From Limnochordia bacterium (GTDB taxonomy: Bacteria; Bacillota; Limnochordia; DTU080), in NCBI GenBank assembly GCA_050951545.1, contig JBMNJG010000005.1, forward strand, positions 288,001 through 352,000: a stretch of 64,000 nucleotides of DNA, given 5' to 3'. Below are positions 59,805 through 64,000 of the stretch, in pieces. The notes below the pieces were generated by a model, which was given only the letters and a program-made list of their open reading frames with translations, ran no database searches and was not told where the DNA came from. Numbering within the stretch: the first letter of the stretch is position 1; every line of letters begins with the position of its first letter. Position numbers and translations under genes: made by a program.

Positions 59805-60869
59805 CTACGATCGGAAATCGGGGACCTCTACAGGTTTGCCGCCCTGTTCGGCAGACAGGTGTGCGCAAAGACCAGGTGCAGTATAGTCAAGAGCCTTGTA
59901 GACATCGACAGGTGGCTCTTTATCCTCCAGGATCGCCTCTATGAAGCCCTGAATCATCACGTATTCGGCAGAGCCGTGACCACCTAACGAGGCCCAGCCA
60001 GGCAGACCCTTGTGCACTGTGTTGATCGGTATGTTCACCATGCCATGCAGATTCGGTATGTCCTCGAAGTAGCCGATGGTTTCGGCACCATCGCGTTTTT
60101 TCTCAAGGCACCCCTTGGTGCCGTAAACTGAGTAGTAATGGAAGCCCGGCTGGCGCCGCAGACCGAAGCCCGTGAGAATCTTCACCACGCTACCGTGCTT
60201 TGTCTTGAACAAGCCAGCCTCCATGTCGATGGTGCCAAACTCGGTGTCGATGTTCGACCCCGTGTGCATGCCCACCGCTGTAACGCATCGATCATCGGTC
60301 AGGCTCAAAATGGGACCCAGGCTATGCGTGCAGTAATGGATCGGCGGGTGAAACGCCCGCCACGTCGGCTTTCCATCAGCTGTTCTGCGAAGAGTCGGAC
60401 CACCGGGGATGGCACCGCTAATATACTCAGCCTCTCCATAGATGATCTGGCCGAGCCTTCCTTGCCGGACCATCTCCCTCCACGACTCGATGAAAGCCCA
60501 GAAATTGGGGTTGGCGCCCATCATGTACTTGGCAGGGCTTTCCTTCACAGCCTGAGCTAAGGCCCGGCACTCCTCGAGTGACGTTGCCGCTGGTACCTCA
60601 CTGAGTACGTGTCGACCGCTCTTCAACGCAGCTATGCTTTGTTCCACGTGAAAGGCCGGCGGAGTAGCGATCACGACAACATCCAGATCATGATTCAAGA
60701 ACTGCTCAAAATCACCATAGGCTCCTGGGATGTTCCATTCCCGAGCCGCGCGTTCCACCCGTTCTGGCATCTGATCGCAAACTGCCACTACCTTACACTC
60801 GGGATGCTTGCTAAACATGGTCAGGAAATTCATGCCTCGTCTGAGTCCGATTACGCCTACTTTCAACAC
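59805..60869 (-). CDS. Gfo/Idh/MocA-family oxidoreductase
   Basis: KVGVIGL, GRHVLSEVPA, YGEAEY, YCTHSLGP, GGHG. Confidence 0.9.
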   Translation of the reverse strand: MLKVGVIGLRRGMNFLTMFSKHPECKVVAVCDQMPERVERAAREWNIPGAYGDFEQFLNHDLDVVVIATPPAFHVEQSIAALKSGRHVLSEVPAATSLEECRALAQAVKESPAKYMMGANPNFWAFIESWREMVRQGRLGQIIYGEAEYISGAIPGGPTLRRTADGKPTWRAFHPPIHYCTHSLGPILSLTDDRCVTAVGMHTGSNIDTEFGTIDMEAGLFKTKHGSVVKILTGFGLRRQPGFHYYSVYGTKGCLEKKRDGAETIGYFEDIPNLHGMVNIPINTVHKGLPGWASLGGHGSAEYVMIQGFIEAILEDKEPPVDVYKALDYTAPGLCAHLSAEQGGKPVEVPDFRS

Positions 60870-61010
60870 TCACTCATACTCCTTCCCGGGGCGCTTGTTT
60901 TGCTTCAGGCCCTTGTGTATCAGGTTCGAGGACCCAAGTGTGCTGACCTTTCGCCATTGGGCGCAAAGGCATGTCACGAGGAGTAAGCGCGCTGATTGGG
61001 GCACCGGGTA

Positions 61011-64000
61011 CTACCGCTCCTCAAACCCCTGGACTCTGAACTTCAGCGTGCGGCTATTCTCGGTAACGATACGCACAACGTCATCAGGAACCCCGTCGGG
61101 CACCTTTACGGAGATCTCCAGCGTTACCTCTACCTCGGCCCCCGGCAAAGCCGCGAGATGACAGATGACCTCGTCAGCGATGCGTCCAGCATCTCTTCCG
61201 ACACGCAAGGGGTCTAGCGCCACACCGCCGTGGAAACGGCTGAGCACCAGAGGAGCGGGAGTTGTTGCAGTGGAAGACTCATCCTTGTCCTCGGATTTGT
61301 GTCCCCCCGGTTGGCACCCATCTACATCTGGCGGCTCAGAGGTAGGAGGAGCAACCTTGACTCGCTCGGCCTCGAGCTGTCTAGCAGCGATATCGGGATG
61401 CACCAGTAGTCCCCGGGGGTCTGAGCTGGCCAGAGTGATCTGTTCGTGTGTACGCAGACCAAGGTAACGGCCACTGCTTTCGTCGAAGCTGTCCGCATAA
61501 GCAAAAGCATCTGAGCGCCAATGGAGAAGACTCATGCCGTCGCCGATCGCCCCTAGCAGAACGTCAGGGCTCTTCAGTCTCGACAGATACGGATAGCGAG
61601 CATAGTCCTCAATAAGCTGGCGTACCGCCACGTGGTTGCCGCGCCACAACGGCACCCGGTCCAAGTCCATCCGGAGCCGCGTACCCGCCAAACTGACTAC
61701 CAGTAGCTCATCGTTACACAGCTTTCGGCTGGCCCGTACCGCCAGGGCATCCTGTCCGCTTAGTCTGAAGCTCTCCCAGACGATGGTGGACTGTGGCGTC
61801 TCTTGTATAGGTACCAGAAGCCACTGGTAGGCCTCTGGAATGCGAGCGGTTACAGCATCATCTGCTGCCTTTTCTTGCGTCTCGGCCTGTCGTACCTGAT
61901 GCGGCGTAAGATCCAAGGCTGCCTGATCTGCCACAATGGATCTCCAGGCCAGATAGCGGCGTACTGCCTCATCGAGATCCTGCAGACGGGACTTGTCTGG
62001 GGCCATAAAGACCAGAGTATTCCTGTAGAGGCGAGGTGCGCTTCCTCGACTCTCGAGAATCTCCTGGGCACAGAGCTGGGCCGGCGTATCCGCCCCCCTA
62101 CTGTGGGGATGATCAAGGCCGAGAATCACCAAGCGTGTATCGAGGTCATCTGGCACGTCTTGAGAGGCCAACGGAAACAGATGAACCCGACAGAAATCGC
62201 CTGTCTGACGCATGTCGAGGCGCAACCTCTCGCGCACCTCCTTGGCGATGGCCTCGGGCTCCCTCCTCATCTGCTCTGCCCTATCGTCCGCCAGTTTGGT
62301 AACGGTAGGCTGCGTGGAGTACCAATACCGCGAGCCATCCTGATATAGGTAGGTGGCTGAGGCCGCAAGCCGGCGCAGGGCATCGCCGAAGACTGTAGGC
62401 GATTCGCCCGGCATGACGCAACCGAGTTTGATGTGCCCATCGTCCAAGCCCCGGTTAGCCGCCGTATGTGTGGGAGCCGAACCCATGTAGATCGTTCTGG
62501 CAACACGTCGACACGCAGAGAACTTACCCAAGTTGGGTACCTCAGCGTCGATGCGCAATGGCAGCGATGTCGAGCCGTCCACATCCTTTTCGATCACGGG
62601 CACCCAGTTGTCGGATAGGTAGCGCGTCAGCTCTCGCTGAACCCGAGGGTCGTCGATAGGGATGCTCGCGGGCAGAATAAGTGGGTTACGATCACCTTTC
62701 TCCCAGAGGCTGTGAATCACGGCTGCCATGAGGCGCAACACTCCGCGCGTGCGCTGAAACTTCAGCAGTGTAGACCAGTCGGTGTACAGACGATCAAAGA
62801 CCTCGGGATGAATCGGGTAGGCTGCCTTGAGGCGCGTCTCGTACTCACTGTCGTGGCAGGTCGCCGGAAACTCCTGATGCTGCGTGCGATAAAGCTCATA
62901 GAAGGCCCGGGCCACCGTATCTCGGGCCACAAACTGCTCTCTTTCGACAAGCGGTTCGAACAGACGTCGGCGCACAATCTCAAAACTCTCTTCGGCACTT
63001 GCTGGTCGCCACGATGACTCAATGCGCCCGACCACGTTCTGCAGGCGGTTGAGTGCCTCTCTACCGCGCAAGCCCCCGACCTCCGCATCATCTGCCTGTG
63101 TATGAGGCGATGCGGTAGTATCGGAGGCTGGTAGGCTAATGACAAGCAGACATTGGCGCGCCAGCTTCGCTGACTCGGTGAGCGCCTGAGCGAAGGTAAA
63201 CTGCGTCTCAAAGCTACCTGCTGGAAGATCCGCGTGATCGTGCAGCTGGCGTGCATAGGCCACCCACTCGTCAATAAGGACTAAGCACGGACCGTATTCA
63301 TCAAAGAGGAGGCGCAGCGCATCGCCCGGGCTTGTCCCTAGTTCGTCGTCAGCTTGGACGCGCGCGAAGGCCTCTTTACCCCCCAGCTGCCAAGCTAGCT
63401 CACCCCACAGAGTCCTGACCACCGTGCCGTCAGGCTTGGTCACCGGATTACCCGGCGATATCCTGTTGCCCACGAGTACGACTCTGCGAGCAGTGGGCAA
63501 CTCATCCAAATCAGCCTCATCAAGAAGGCTGTCGACGCCGAGCAACTCGCCAGCGCGAATGCCAGAGCACAGGTGGTAAAGCGCCAGCATTGAGTGGGTT
63601 TTGCCACCACCGAAGTTGGTCTGTAGCTGCACCACAGGGTCGCCGCCCAGACCTTTCAGGCGCTTAATACCGCCTACCAACAGACGGCGCAGGCTCTCCG
63701 TAAGGTAGGTGCGCCGGAAAAACTCGACGGGATCTTTGTACTCATCACTTCCTTGACCCAGATGGACCTGCCATAGATCCGCGGCGAATTCAGCTTGCTG
63801 GTAGTTGCCGCTGGCCACGTCGTGATGAGGCGTGATCACTTCACGCCAGGGTTTGAGATGAGCGCTAGCCCCGCCCTCAATAACGTTGGTGGCACTTTTG
63901 CGTCGCTCATGGCGCGCCTGCTCTTCGAAGCGCAGGCGCAACAGCTCCATCCTCAGCCTGTCCACCTCGGCTGCTTGTGGAGCGGAAATCGCCGTCAAGA
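61011..64000 (-). CDS. DUF499 AAA+ ATPase (5' end outside window)
   Basis: PWREVITPH.DV, EFAADL, Walker A TNFGGGKTHS, Walker B LIDEW, YPIHPE, FQRTRGVLR. Confidence 0.9.
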   Translation of the reverse strand, partial: LTAISAPQAAEVDRLRMELLRLRFEEQARHERRKSATNVIEGGASAHLKPWREVITPHHDVASGNYQQAEFAADLWQVHLGQGSDEYKDPVEFFRRTYLTESLRRLLVGGIKRLKGLGGDPVVQLQTNFGGGKTHSMLALYHLCSGIRAGELLGVDSLLDEADLDELPTARRVVLVGNRISPGNPVTKPDGTVVRTLWGELAWQLGGKEAFARVQADDELGTSPGDALRLLFDEYGPCLVLIDEWVAYARQLHDHADLPAGSFETQFTFAQALTESAKLARQCLLVISLPASDTTASPHTQADDAEVGGLRGREALNRLQNVVGRIESSWRPASAEESFEIVRRRLFEPLVEREQFVARDTVARAFYELYRTQHQEFPATCHDSEYETRLKAAYPIHPEVFDRLYTDWSTLLKFQRTRGVLRLMAAVIHSLWEKGDRNPLILPASIPIDDPRVQRELTRYLSDNWVPVIEKDVDGSTSLPLRIDAEVPNLGKFSACRRVARTIYMGSAPTHTAANRGLDDGHIKLGCVMPGESPTVFGDALRRLAASATYLYQDGSRYWYSTQPTVTKLADDRAEQMRREPEAIAKEVRERLRLDMRQTGDFCRVHLFPLASQDVPDDLDTRLVILGLDHPHSRGADTPAQLCAQEILESRGSAPRLYRNTLVFMAPDKSRLQDLDEAVRRYLAWRSIVADQAALDLTPHQVRQAETQEKAADDAVTARIPEAYQWLLVPIQETPQSTIVWESFRLSGQDALAVRASRKLCNDELLVVSLAGTRLRMDLDRVPLWRGNHVAVRQLIEDYARYPYLSRLKSPDVLLGAIGDGMSLLHWRSDAFAYADSFDESSGRYLGLRTHEQITLASSDPRGLLVHPDIAARQLEAERVKVAPPTSEPPDVDGCQPGGHKSEDKDESSTATTPAPLVLSRFHGGVALDPLRVGRDAGRIADEVICHLAALPGAEVEVTLEISVKVPDGVPDDVVRIVTENSRTLKFRVQGFEER

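Noticed and set aside
1-64000. tRNA, rRNA or prophage genes
   Set aside because: None recognised by eye; tRNAscan-SE or Infernal would be needed to exclude small RNAs formally.

Overview
A GC-rich bacterial window, most likely Bacillota. This is inferred from GGAGG ribosome-binding sites and sigmaA- and sigmaH-like promoters. It is dominated by carbohydrate and amino-sugar scavenging genes: 7 intact and 3 broken sugar-type ABC solute-binding proteins with no uptake permease or ATPase in the window, plus heparinase II/III-like, GH20-like, DUF2961/GH172, beta-propeller, NAGPA, deacetylase, ceramidase-like, UroD-like, Gfo/Idh/MocA and serine hydrolase genes. Interspersed are a two-component system with an ABC exporter, toxin-antitoxin relics, a 5'-truncated IS1634 splitting one member of a variable lipoprotein family, and the 3' part of a DUF499 defence ATPase at the right edge. 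The most unusual items are: (1) a tandem winged-HTH plus Vsr/DUF559-like nuclease gene bracketed by degenerate direct repeats, one side expanded into a ~93-bp double-hairpin array (34284-36288); (2) a 58-aa peptide with ten consecutive Cys; (3) a duplicated 5' leader whose substitutions preserve predicted RNA stems. No rRNA, tRNA or CRISPR array was recognised. All family assignments come from motif recognition by eye, not from database searches.
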